NCBI GenBank assembly: GCA_002633005.1
Contig: NMRA01000225.1
Span: forward strand, 573,947 to 637,946
Direction: 5' to 3'
From: Phoronis australis
Lineage: Eukaryota > Animalia > Phoronida
DNA length: 64,000 nt
Position numbers and translations under genes: made by a program. Below, piece after piece: positions 13,209 through 26,124 of this stretch. Within the stretch, counting starts at the first letter, position 1, and the number at the start of each line of letters is the position of its first letter. Under the pieces are notes generated by a model. The model was not told where the DNA came from. It saw only the letters and a program-made list of their open reading frames with translations, and did no database searches.

Positions 13209-14615
13209 CCTTAACTTCCATGAAGTTCGTTCACGTTTCATGAAACTGTTGTGCTATCCATTATAAACCCATAAAAATATGTTACATCTTCAGAGAATGA
13301 AGAAATGCTGAAAAGAAAAAGAAGGACAGCAGATCTAGGATTTCACAAGGGGGGGGGGGAGCCCAACACCTTGTCTTAAAACATTTGTGCAAATCACGAT
13401 TAGATGCGCATAGCACCGAATGGGGAGAGGTCGGGACGGGGGTCCGCCCCCCTCCCGCCCAGGAAAATTTTTCTGTTTTTTCCTCTACAAAATCATGCGT
13501 TTTCCTTGATTCCTGAAGTATTATCCAAGAAAAAAAGGCAAAGAAAAAAAAAACAAAAAACGGAACGTGTCAAACATGAAAAACGGCAATAATTACAGAG
13601 TCGAACTCACGACTCATGAATGTGGTCCAACAACAGCGGACTGAGCTGTCTAACAAAGGCGGCAGCATAATTTATGACGACCACAGGAGTCATTGTAAAA
13701 TGGCTATCGAAAAGCGATGTACAGTTGAAACAACTTTGCATAAGTTAAAGAAAACTTTCGAATTAAAGAATACTACATATTCGTCAGAGTGAAATCAAAT
13801 CCTACTAAGAGCATAACTTTAAAGTGGAAAAATTCGGTGAGTACGACAACAATAAGCCGGATTTATGTTTAGGGGGACGTCTGCCATTGGTTCCCCTAGT
13901 GTACTCTCTGTACTAGGCCCAAAAAGCTCTCTGGACTAGTGCAGAACACGGTGTGACAAAAAGTATTGCACACAAAGTGAAACAGGCGTTTCCACCAGAT
14001 TCATCGGTTTACCGAATATTTATCCAAGGCCAAGTGACCTACCGTAATATCTTGACCTGGTTGCATCGCTGCACGGCAGTCCGAAGACTATTCTCACCTG
14101 CTTTTCAGAAGTTGATGGCTTCTGATGACACACAGCCGATCATTTTACGCCTGTTATTACAGACCGCTGGATCATCTTGTTATTGATGCGTTCTGATTGT
14201 CACAAAACAACATCGCAAAATGCGAAACCAGGAATATGATTAGACTGCGTAGTCGCACGATGAGAGATTCCACTAAAGCTCATTGTCCTGTCAAAGATAC
14301 TATAACTATAAATCTTTGGCCTTGTCTGAAGATTATTCGCAGGCCACGATAACAAAACGAAACCAGAAATGCGATTGGACAATTGATCGAATTCCACACC
14401 CGGGAATTTCCACGAATTGGACATATCTAGACCGATCCCAGGGCAATGAAATTAAAAAGTAAACAAATAGGTCCAGAAGTGGGACGTGTCGTGCATTCAT
14501 GTGAAGGAGTAAACCGTTCACAAGAAAATTGTTCTAGCAAAGCCTTAGGATCCGGAAGTAGGCCATGCGATAGAGGACTCCGCGAAGCTGTGGGTGAGCC
14601 CTATACTAGCTACTG

Positions 14616-14773
14616 CAGTGGCGGATTTAGAGGGGGGGCCAAGGGGGGCATGCCCCCCCTAAAATTCTCCAAGATTCCATTGGGCAGTTCGGGGGTTCGA
14701 ATGTCAGACAGGCAAAATCCTGGCTAATACTCTGCCCTGTCCCCCCTAACTCAAAATCCTGGATCCGCCCATG
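14616..14773 (+). mobile_element. Short hAT-like MITE (second copy inverted at ~21947-22095)
   Basis: Ends CAGTGGCGGATTTAG / CTGGATCCGCCCATG, with G/C-run hairpins. The internal sequence AGGCAAAATCCTGGCTAATACTCT recurs in reverse complement at ~21965-21990. Confidence 0.7.
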
Positions 14774-15281
14774 TATTGTGTTGGAAAACCTGTTTACACA
14801 GTACTGTGAAACTGATAGTTGATTTTGAAAAGTTGTTTTATGTACACTTTTAGCTTTTGAACATACTCGCCAAACATTGGCATTAGTTATAGCTAAGAAC
14901 CAGCAAGAAACGTTTTTGCAATCGAAATCGGGACTGCACTCTCGTCACTTTAGAGAATTCCAGTGAAGCAATGTTCGGTTGAACCATCGCAGTCCGGAAA
15001 CACCCGAGAGAAGGGTTGATTGCGGCTTAACTCCGTGGCGCCGATATTTCGTACGACCACTGACTGACTGAAAAGATGGCAAGGCCGCAACGGAGATCGT
15101 TTCAATAGGGTTTGCTGCGTTGCCATTCTTTCTCTTACTTGTTCCTGGGTTATAGTCGCTGGCGATCTTGCTTTTCACGAGACGTGGTCTAGGCCCGGAA
15201 CGATCTAACTCCAGTTTGTGAGGGGCATTGCGACTGACTAGAGTTTTTCCACTCACGCACGCGATCCCGGGACTAGCTAGT

Positions 15282-15745
15282 TACTCTGCGCGTGCAAGCG
15301 CAGAGTACTGTTGTTTCTGGTTTTTCTCCAACTTTTTTCTTATAACACCGCGTGTAAACGCAGAGTACTGTTGTTCCTGGGTTTTCTTCAATTTTATTAC
15401 TCCGCGCGTGCAAGCGCAGAGTACTGTTGTTCCTGGGTTTACTTCAATTTTATTACTCTGCACGTGCAAGCGCAGAGTACTGTTGTTCCTGGGTTTACTT
15501 CAATTTTATTACTCTGCTCGTGTAAGCGCAGAGTACTGTTGTTCTTGGGTTTTCTTCAATTTTATTCTTATTCTTATTACTCTGCGCGTTTAAGCGCAGA
15601 GTACTGTTGTTCCTGGGTTTTCTTCAATTTTATTCTTATTACTCTGCGCGTGTAAGCGCAGAGTACTGTTGTTCCTGGGTTTTCTTCAATTTTATTCTTA
15701 TTCTTCTTATTCTTCTTATTCTTCTTATTCTTCTTATTCTTCTTC
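15282..15745 (+). repeat. Seven tandem copies of the ~57-bp hairpin-containing element head, followed by a (TTCTTCTTA)n microsatellite
   Basis: GCGCAGAGTACTGTTGTTCCTGGGTTT recurs 7 times between 15282 and ~15690. Confidence 0.9.
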
Positions 15746-18700
15746 CGACCAACTTTGATACTTAATAACGACAAATTGGGTGCAGGTACGGTCTTTAAAT
15801 TCAGCATATGAATTTTGACAGTATATAAATTTTGATTGATTATATAATCATATTCCATATTGCACCGGAAGAGGTCGTTTGGTGCAAAGGTCATACGATA
15901 TTCAAAATGCTACTTCTCCTTCAGTTTTTAAGCTATCTTTTTCAAATTCGGTGCACAGGTATAAGTCAACATGACAATTTAAAAAATTACTTTTCTAAGT
16001 AATCGGGTCATCCAATCAGGTGATATAGGTCAAAGGTCACTAGGTGCAAACTAAAAGTTTGAGCTAGACACTTCAAATTGACAGGTCTGATTGCCACAGG
16101 TAAATCAAATCGGAATCCAAAGTTTCAGGTCATTTAGTGCAAGCATGGGGTCATTAGGTGCATTTTTCTTCTGAAAATTTGACCTTTTCAATCAGCAAGT
16201 ATTCTGATGTGTCAACCGTTAGACAACCGTGATTCTCAGCGTTAAACACACTTTCCATGGGCTTTCCAAAAATTCTATTATGGATGCTTAAAATTCACCG
16301 GATAGGGTCAATTAGTGCAAAGGTCATGTAACGTTAAAAATGTTATATCTTTTACGTTTTTTAAGAAATTCTTTTCAATTTCAGCACACTGGTGTAAGTC
16401 AACTTCCCAATATTGAACAACTACGCAATAGGACCAACCAATCAGAAAAAATAGGTCAAAGGTCATTGAGTGCAAAATTAAAATTTTGAGCTAGAGACTT
16501 CAAAATTACATATCTGTTTACTAAACGGGATTGAGTTTGAATTCTAAATTTTTGGGTCATTTGGTGCATCCATGGGGTCACTAGGTGCATTTTTCTTCTG
16601 AAAGTTTGACCAATTCATTCATGTTGTATTCTTAAGTGCTTAAAGCAAAACACCTGTGATTCTTAGCATTAACTATACTATTAATTGGTTGTACAATTAT
16701 TCCCTCACTGGGGTTCATAATGCACCGGAAGAGGTCAGTTAGTGGAAAGGTCATCAAAACATTAACATGAAATCACTCCTACAATTTTAAAGAATTTCTT
16801 TTCATACTGGTAAACGGGGTTGCTGTCAGTAACTTCCCATAACAATTCCTTTAATACGCACGCGCAGAGTACATTATTGTCACTTCGTGACAATAATCTT
16901 TCTAGTTCTTCTTATTCTTCTTCTTATTCTTCTTCCGACCAACTTTGAGGCTTAATAACTCCAAATTTGGTGCAAGTATGGTCTTTAAATTCAGCATATG
17001 ACTTTTGACGGTATATGAATTTTGATTGGTTATATAATCATATTCCATATTGCACCGGAAGAGGTCGTTTAGTGCAAAGGTCATATAATTTTCAAAATGC
17101 TACTCCTCCTTCAGTTTTAAAGCTATCTTTTTCAAATTCGGTGCACAGGTATAAATCAACATCACAATTTAAAAAATTACTTTTCTAAGTAATTGGGTCA
17201 TCCAATCAGGTGAAATAGGTCAAAGGTCATTAGGTGTAAACTAAAATTTTGAGCTAGACACTTCAAATTGACAGGTCTGATTGCCACAGGTTGATCAATT
17301 CGGAATCCAAAGTTTCAGTTCATTTAGTGCAAACATGGGGTCATTAGGTGCATTTTTCTTCTGAAAGCTTGACCAATTCATTCATCTTGTATTCTGAAGT
17401 GCTTAAAGTAAATTATCTGTGATTCTTAGCATTAACCACACTTTAAATCGAGTTTACAATTATTCCCTCATCGGGGTTCATGATGCACCGGAAGAGGTCG
17501 ATTAGTGGAAAGGTCATCAAAATATTAACATGTAATTTCTCTTACAACATTAAAGAATTCCCTTTTATAATGGTAAACGGGTTGCTGTCAGTAATTTCCC
17601 AAAAATAACTCCAGTAATACGCACGCGCAGAGTCCATTATTGTCACGCTGTGACAATAATTTTTCCAGTTCTTCTTCTTCTTATTCTTATTCTTATTCTT
17701 CTTCCGACAACCCTTGAGGCTTAATAACTCCAAATTTTGTGCAGGTACGGTCTTTAAATTCAGCATATTATGACTTTTCACAGTATATAAATTTTGATTG
17801 GTTATATAATCATATTCCATATTGCACCGGAAAAGGTCGTTTGGTGCAAAGGTCATATAATTTTCAAAATGCTACTCCTCCTTCAGTTTTAAAGCTATTT
17901 TTTTCAAATTCGGTGTACAGGTAAAGGTCAACAGGACAATTTAAAAAATTACTTTTCTAAGTAATCGGGTCATCCAATCAGGTGAAATAGGTCAAAGTTC
18001 ATTAGGTGCACACTAAAATTTTGAGCTAGACACTTCAAATTGACATGTCTGATTGCCACAGGTAAATCAAATCGGAATCCAAAGTTTCAGGTCATTTAGT
18101 GCAGACATGGGGTCATTAGGTGCATTTTTCTTCTGAAAATTTGACCTTTTCATTCAGCAAGTATTCTGATGTGTCAACCGTTAGACAACTGTGATTCTCA
18201 GCGTTAAACACATTTCCCATGGGCTTTGCAATAATTCTCCTAAAGATGCTTAAAATGCACCGGATCAGGTCAATTAGTGCAAAGGTCATGTAACGTTCAA
18301 CATGTTATATCTCTTACGCTTTTCAAGGAATTCTTTTCAATTTCAGCACACTGGTGTAAGTCAACATGCCAATTGAATACCCTACTCTACTTTGCAATAG
18401 GCCTAACCAATCAGAAAAAATAGGTCAAAGGTCATTGAGTGCAAACTAAAATTTTGAGCTAGAGACTTCAGAATTACGTATCTGTTTACTAAGTGCGTTT
18501 GAGTTTGAATTCTAAATTTTCAGGTCATTTGGTGCACCCATGGGGTCATTAGGTGCATTTTCCTTCTGAAAGTTTGACCACTTCATTCATCTTGTATAAT
18601 TCTGAAGTGCTTAAAGTAAAACAACTGTGATTATAAGCATTAACCACAGTTTTAATCAAGTTAACAATTACTCCCTCATCGGGGCTCATAATGCACCGGT

Positions 18701-21700
18701 AGAGATCAATTAGTGGAAAGGTCATAAAATTAATATGTAATCTCTCCTACAATTTTAAAGAATTCCTTTTCATATTGGTAAACGGGTTGCTGTCAGTAAC
18801 TTCCCATAATAATTCCAGTAATACGCACGCGCAGAGTCCGTTATTGTCACGCCGTGACAATAATATTTCTAGCTACTCTGCGCGTCTAAGCGCAGAGTAC
18901 TGTTGTTCCTGGGTTTTTTTCAATTTTATTCTTATTCTTATTCTTATTCTTCTTCCGACCAAATTTGAGGCTTAATAACTCCAAATTGGGTGCAGGAACG
19001 GTTTTTAAATTCAGCATGTGATTCTTGACAGTATATAAATTTTGATTAGTTATATAATCATATTCCATATTGCACCGAAAGAGGTCGTTTGGTGCAAAGG
19101 TCATATAATTTTTAAAATGCAACTCCTTCTTCAGTTTTAAAGCTATCTTTTTCAAATTCGGTGCACAGGTATAAGTCAACATGAGAATTTAAAAAATTAC
19201 TTTTCTAAGTAATCGGGTCATCCAATCAGGTGAAATAGGTCAAAGGTCATTAGGTGCAAACTAAAATTTTGAGCTAGACACTTCAAATTGACAGGTCTAA
19301 TTGCCACAGGTAAGTCAAATCGGAATCCAAAGTTTCAGGTCATTTAGTGCAAACATGGGGTCATTAGGTGCATTTTTCTTCTGAAAATTTGACCTTTTCA
19401 ATCAGCAAGTATTCTGATGTGTCAACCGTTAGACAACTGTGATTCTCAGCGTTAAACACATTTTCCATGGGCTTTGCAATAATTCTCCTAAAGATGCTTA
19501 AAATGAACCGGAGAAGGTCAATTAGTGCAAACGTCATGTAACGTTCAAAATGCTATATCTCTTACGTTTTTCAAGGAATTGATTTTAATTTCAGCACACT
19601 GGTGAAAGTCAACATGCCAATAAAATACCCAACTTTACTTCGCAATAGGCCTAACCAATCAGAAAAAATAGGTCAAAGGTCATTGAGTGCAAACCGAAAT
19701 TTTGAGCTAGAAACTTCGGAATTACGTATCTGTTTACTAAGTGCGATTGAGTATGGATTTTCAGGTCATTTGGTGCACCCATGGGGTCATTAGGTGCATT
19801 TTTCTTCTGAAAGTTTGACCATTTCATTCATATTGTATTCTGAAGTGCTTAAAGTAAAACATCTGTGATTCTTAGCATTAACCACACTTTTAATCGAGTT
19901 AACAATTACTCCCTCATCGGGGCTCATAATGCACCGGAAGAGGTCAATTAGTGGAAAGGTCATCAAAAAATTAATATGTAATTTCTCCTACAATTTTAAA
20001 GAATTCCTTTTCATATTGGTAAACGGGTTCTGTCAGTAACTTCCCATAATAATTCTAGTAATACGCGCGCGCAGAGTCCGTTGTTGTCACGCCGTGACAA
20101 TAATCTTTCTAGTTCTTTTTATTCTTCTTCCGACCAAGCTTGAGGCTTAATAACCCCAAATTGGGCGCAGCAACGTTGTTTAAATTCAGCATATCATTTT
20201 TGACTGTACATAAATTTTGATTCTTTATATAATCATATTCCATAATGCACCGGAAGAGGTCATTTGGTGCAAAGGTCACACAATTTTCAAAATGCTACTA
20301 CTACTTTATTTTAAAAGCTATTTTTTTCAAATTCGGTACACAGGTATATCTCTAAAAGTCAATTTAAAAATTACTTTTCTAAGTAATCGGGTCATCCAAT
20401 CAGGTTAAACAGATCAAAGGTCATTAGGTGCAAACTAAATTTTTGAGCTAGACACTTCAAATTCACAGGTCTGATTTGCACAGGTAATTCAATGCGGAAT
20501 CCAAAAATTCAGGTTATTTAGTGCAAACATTGGGTCATTAGGAGCATTTTTCTTCTGAAAATTTGACCTTTTCATTCACCAAGTATTCTGATATGTCAAC
20601 TGTTGGACAACTGTGATTCTCAGCATTAAACACATTTTTCATGGGCTTTGCAATAATTCTCCTCAAGGCGCTTGTAATGCACCTGATATGGTCAATTAGT
20701 GCCAAGGTCATCTAACGTTCAAAATGTTATATCTCACGTTTTTCAAGGAATTCTTTTCAATTTCAGCACACTGGTGTAAGTCAACATGCCAATTGGATAT
20801 TCTACTTTACTACGCAATACGTCTAACCAATCAGAAAAAATAGGTCAAAAGTCATTGAGTGCAAACTAACATTTTGAGCTAGACACTTCAAATTCACAAG
20901 TCTGATTGGTACGTTTAATTCAATTTGAAAGACGAAGTTTCAGGTCATTTAGTGCAAACATGGGGTCTTTAGAAGCATTTTTCTTCTGAAAGTTTGACAT
21001 TTTCAATCAGCAAGTATTGTGATGTGTCAACCGTTAGACAACTGTGATTCTCAGCATTAAACATATTTTTCATGAGCATTGCAATAATTCTCCTAAAGAC
21101 GCTTATAATGCACCGGGTCAATTAGTGCAAAGGTCATCTAACGTTGAAATTGTTATATCTCCTACATTTTTCAAGGAATTCTTTTCAAGTTCAGCACACC
21201 ATGCCAATCGAACGTCCTACTTTACTATGCAATAGGCCTAACCAATCAGAAAAATAGGTCGAAGGTCACTGAGTGCAAACTAAAATTTTGAGCTAGAGAC
21301 TTCAAAATTACATATCTGTTTAGTAAATGTGATTGAGTTTTAATTCTAAATTATCAGGTCATTTGGTGCACCCATGGGGTCATTAGGTGCATTTTTCTTC
21401 TGAAAGTTTGATCAATTCATTCATGTTGTATTCTAAAGTGCTTAAAGTAAAACATCTGTGATTCTGAGCATTAACCACATTTTTAATCGAATTTACAATT
21501 ATTCCCTCATCCGGGCTCATAATGCACAGAAAGAGGTCAATTAGTGGAAAGGTCATCAAAATATTAACATGTTATTTTTCCTACAATTTTAAAGAATTCC
21601 TTTTCAAATTGGTAAACGGGTTGCTGTCAGTAACTTCCCATATGAATTCCTTTAATACGCACGCGCAGAGTCCATTATTGTCACGCCCTGACAATAATCT

Positions 21701-21706
21701 TTCTAG
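15282..21706 (+). mobile_element. Head-to-tail tandem array (5 bodies) of a non-autonomous Helentron/HINE (DINE-1-like) rolling-circle element
   Basis: 5' hairpin ACTCTGCGC-GTG(C/T)AA-GCGCAGAGT, then a (TTC/TTA)n microsatellite and a body of ~430-bp sub-repeats. The 3' end has a subterminal inverted repeat GCACGCGCAGAGT, a stem-loop ATTATTGTCA-CGCCG-TGACAATAAT and a CTAG-TT end. Bodies end at 16905, 17668, 18872, 20112 and 21706. Confidence 0.85.
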
Positions 21707-21946
21707 TTGCGTTATGATTTCCGTCTGTTGACTGCTCGACTGAGTTTTGATCGGTTGTTTTAGTTATCAAGTCAAGCCTAATTTCAAGCTACCTTTTCAT
21801 TTTGACACGGTTCATCAATTGGGACCACCAGCGATTCCTGTGCAAATGTCACAAACCCGACAATATGCGGTCACCCAGCCTAAAAATGGAGAGGCTCGGA
21901 TTTTTGAGAATGTAGACCTTTCACTAAGATTCACTGGGTGCGCTTA

Positions 21947-22095
21947 NGGGGGGGGGGGCAGGGTAGAGTATTAGCCAGGATTTTGCCTGTCATCCATTCG
22001 CATCCCCGAAATTCACAATGGAATCTGGGAGAACGTTAATAAGGGAGGGGTGGTCATGGCCTCCTTGGCCCCCCTAAGCCCTAAATTCGCCACTG
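21947..22095 (-). mobile_element. Short hAT-like MITE, inverted relative of 14616-14773
   Basis: Reverse-complement similarity; ends ...CTAAATTCGCCACTG. A single N at 21947 interrupts the other end. Confidence 0.65.
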
Positions 22096-25000
22096 GTTTC
22101 TGAATGATTCGTTTGTGCAATGCTTACTTGTTGCCCACATGCTTTATGTTAGCTTGATTTCTGAATATTATCTATAGTATATTTACCTATTCCCGTGAAA
22201 TATAATTTAAAAATTGAAAGTTTACCTTGTAAAAAGTCCAATTCATTACTTTGTGTTGCTGACATTGTGCATTGCACTTGCTAATTTTCCCTTTCTTAAC
22301 AGACTATCCCACTTTTGGATTTCGTACGCCATCCCGTCACACTAACACAATTGGCAGCACTGATATACACTACCGTTATTTCCCACGCGACATGACACTA
22401 TTTTCTCGTTCGACTAAAAAGAAAAAACGGGTCGGACATTTCATGAATTTTTGTTGCCCCCCACAATGCATTGCTTATTCGACTTAAAAAAACGCAATCG
22501 GGCGCTTTTTAATGAAGGTCTCCCGTTCGACAAAAAACGTTGTCGGGACGTTCTTGTGTGTTGCAGCGAACTTTCCACCCTTTCATTTTGGCATGGACCA
22601 AGATGCCCCGCTTTTTCTGTAAGTCCCGCTTTTCACTCCAGTTTTCCCATTTTTTAATTCTCGAATGTCGGCAAGTATGGAACAGGTGTTCATGTGTCTG
22701 TGACTTGTTAGTTTACACAGTCCACTTTCCTTAGTAACATAACAATAGTTCCCTACCATATGCTCCCCCTATCTTCATGGACATTCCGTCTTATTTAAAC
22801 AAAAAGAATCTATAATCCATTCATAACCAAGTTCGTCAAAAACACTAAAAAAACAGAAAAGAATTGGGAGCAAGCCCTAAATATCACAACAACTAAAGAG
22901 GGGTAAAGGAAAGCCTACGGTTGTTCAATTAACTTTCTGATACCATTGTAATGTGGTTCAAGTTCAGAATGAATCATAGGATTATAAGTGCAAATACTTA
23001 TCTTCACCAGATTGGAGTTTTACCAAACAATTGTTGCTCTAAAAACGAGTCAGAGAATCTTCTAAATTTGCAATGGTTTTGATATTGTAAAACCTTTTTG
23101 GATTTCGTTTAGGGAATGGATTTGTCAGAAAAGTTATCAAACTTTTGAACTAACGCCCATAAATATATTTTGGGAAAATTTGATGGACCAAAAATATTTG
23201 TCTCGGGAAATTGCCCATGTACAAAAGAAGACTAAAAAACCTCCAACCCAATTTCGAAGTTCCCAAAATGGGAATTATTAATCACTATGATCATCAAGAA
23301 AACATATGTTAAAAAAATTGTAATCACAAGAAATTTTTGGGCAGGTGTACCCTTATGGCTCATAGTCACTTGCGGTAATACCTCATTTCTCTCTGTTTGC
23401 TGTTATCCCCATAGGCGCGCGCGCGTATGCGTGGTGTAGATGAATGTGCGTTTCTTAAGTCATTTCATGAGTAATGCTACTTCATGTCTACAATCGTAAA
23501 AATGAGTTCCCATGCCCTTTGTTTACGGTAACACTCAATGCCTGTATCAGGATCACCAGTTTTATTTTCTGAAGAAATGAGTTTATTTACAAAATACTGG
23601 AAAGTCTTACATTGCTGCCTATGTAATGATCTATGCACAGTGCATTTCAAACCCAACATGATATGTCTGTTTACGTTTTATCAGAAAGCCTTCAAATTTC
23701 GGATAGGTAGTTGGAGAAATTAGTTTATCACATTTTTACTTGGCATTCGAATTCCACCATGTGTGTTGCTCTGACACTAAGTTTTGTCTTTTGTTTTTTG
23801 TTTGTTCGCACTCTACAAGTCGCAGTTTTCGTCCAATTCTCATCAAGTTTACAAAAGGACCTATAGGCCTAGTTCCTGATTAGCTGGAAGCCTATTGTTT
23901 TTCGTCGTGATCAGATTCAAAAGGGAGGGCGTGCTCATAGCGGCTGCAATTTTGACATAAAGGGCTGAACATTAGAACATTATTCTGTTCATGATTCCAC
24001 TACTGTATGCCCCGTTTACCCACGTGCAAGCACTTTAATGGTTTCTTTGTTGGGTTAAACCAGAAAGTCCCCTGCCACAGTAGGCCGGGCTGGCTTGAAT
24101 ACTTGGTTTTACCAAACCTGCTCCTTGGTCTAACAAAACCAGGCTTTCAGACTTTTAAACTACGTTGGTGAAATGAAAGTTAAGTAGTCTAAAATTATAT
24201 AAGGTTTAGGAAGACCAGGTTTAAGTCCGGCCAGCCTAAACCTGTTTGTTAAACCACCTTTATTGGTTATGCCTCATCTTATCTACATGTAAGCTGCAAT
24301 ATCGAGTTACACATGTTGCTTCTCTTTGTGTTGTACTGGTTATAGTTACGTTTCATTAGTTTATCTCATCGGTTTCATTGACTTCGCCAGTGATACAAAA
24401 TTAACAGCAAAAAAGCGGGACATTTCAGGGTGTGGCGAGACGGCAACGCGCGTTAAACCACAAAGGGGGGCATATGGTAATAGAAAAAGCGACGCCAGGA
24501 TCTAAACGGCTTGGCATGTTTAGGCGCTTCGGATACACCATCATTAGAAGAGAGAAAAAAACAGTGACCACCTTGCTAGGCCGAACAAAAAGTAATAATA
24601 CACAGATATAGTCAGTTACAGGGGAGTAACAGTAGACTAGACTAACAATGACAATCTGTGGTGTGCCAGTCATGAGAACGGGCGTGTACAACTATGTGTT
24701 GAGCCTCAGTCACGAACTTGAAGCTCCTTTAGTGTTGTTTCTGCTTGGTATATTATAGCAAAGTCACTGAAAAAACATTGCTCATAAGAATGTTTGGAGC
24801 TCTGCAGAGTAACTTCTGTCAGAATTTATATTTTCCCTGGAAAATAATTTTGCCAATATAACTGGAGCCACACTCCAACACAGATAAATTTGTGCACTAC
24901 CATCTGGACCGTAGATCCATTGGGATTTTGTCCTTAGGATTAGATAAAGTTTTAGGGACTTGAATGTTAATACAACTCCCTAAGTTAACACAGTAATAAA

Positions 25001-25149
25001 TCACCAATTTGTCGAGTTTTCTATGAGCAATCTTGACGTAAAAACCAACACGGTATTTTAAAGTACTTAATTGTAGTAGGCTCTGTTTACAGGATGAATA
25101 TCATCAGGGTTACGTTGCAGTCTTGCTTCAGTACCCTATTGACTAGTTC

Positions 25150-25930
25150 GAGCGGACAGCCATTCTTTTGCAAATTCGATGAAAGTTCTTAAAAATTAGA
25201 ATCAAATCTAGTGCAAGTGTTGTTATTGATGCGAAATATCCTGTCTAAAGTTTTAGTGAGATCCACCTAAACAAAGGATGTGAAGCAATGAAAACAATGG
25301 AGTGTACAGTCCTGTGTAGGTCTTCTTACGAAATACTGCATGATGTTACCTCACGCTCAACTAACACGTCAAAAATGGCAATATGTTGTCCACTTCTATA
25401 TCTATACTGAATTTCAAGTTAGGATGCCTCGAGTTCAAATATCAAGTACCAATTCCTGGGCTGACAGCTGATTTTCAACTATTGTACAAAACACACCATC
25501 CATATATCGTCGATATAGAAGTAGACACGAGGACCATGTAGCGTATGTCTCGATCCATGTTTTCTCATGGTGACCTAGACACCGCCGGCTATAAATATGG
25601 GAGCCAAAGGTGAAACCATAGCTATATACCACCAATCTTGTTAAAAACCTCCCCATCAAGAGTGAAATAGGTTTTGCTGGTTGCAAAGTTAAATAGCTCC
25701 ATGAGTTCAGCTTGAGTAACTGCCTCTTTTCAATGGGCCCGGACCTTTTTTCATGATACAGTCAGTAGCCAAAGATATGCATTCGTCCATAGCTAGGTTA
25801 GAAACAAACTCACAATATCAAAAGAAGCCATGAACCGACAAGAGAACTTGACTTGATTATGGTGCTTCAATAAACTCCGGGAAACATGTCAAGCCGTTGT
25901 AAATCCGTCGTTTTTATTAACAAAGGAGGG
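25150..25930 (-). mobile_element. Decayed Penelope-like retroelement reverse-transcriptase fragment
   Basis: Minus-strand translation, with frameshifts and stops, gives PLE RT motifs in the right order: MASFDIVSLF (cf. SFDVxSLFT), YRRYMDGVF (cf. YxRYVDDxF), and KTLDRIFRI...LQKNGCP (cf. L.RA.RIC...L.KNGYP). Confidence 0.75.
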
Positions 25931-26124
25931 GCAGTTAGCAAGTGTGCATTGATCATCACCCGACCTGTGACCTGGAGTTATGCTTGCTTATGCCCCTGCA
26001 GTAGCTAAAAATCTTTAAACAAGCGCATTTACACTACAGATATTTCAGCAGAGTAATGAGCAATTTTTGTATTTTATCTTTAGTTGCACTTTCGTTTGAG
26101 AAAAAAAGGGAACTGTGGTTGACC

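Noticed and set aside
13953-15256. GC-richer stretch with several 60-100-aa ORFs
   Set aside because: No domain similarity or coherent exon chain could be established by eye.
15282-15690. CRISPR array
   Set aside because: There are no unique spacers and no cas genes, the context is eukaryotic, and the unit is the 5' end of the adjacent element.
15228-21731. Repeated small ORFs (MTFAPNDLFRCNMEYDY..., SAEYCCSWVFFNF...)
   Set aside because: These are translations of the non-coding tandem element; stops and frames are not conserved between copies.
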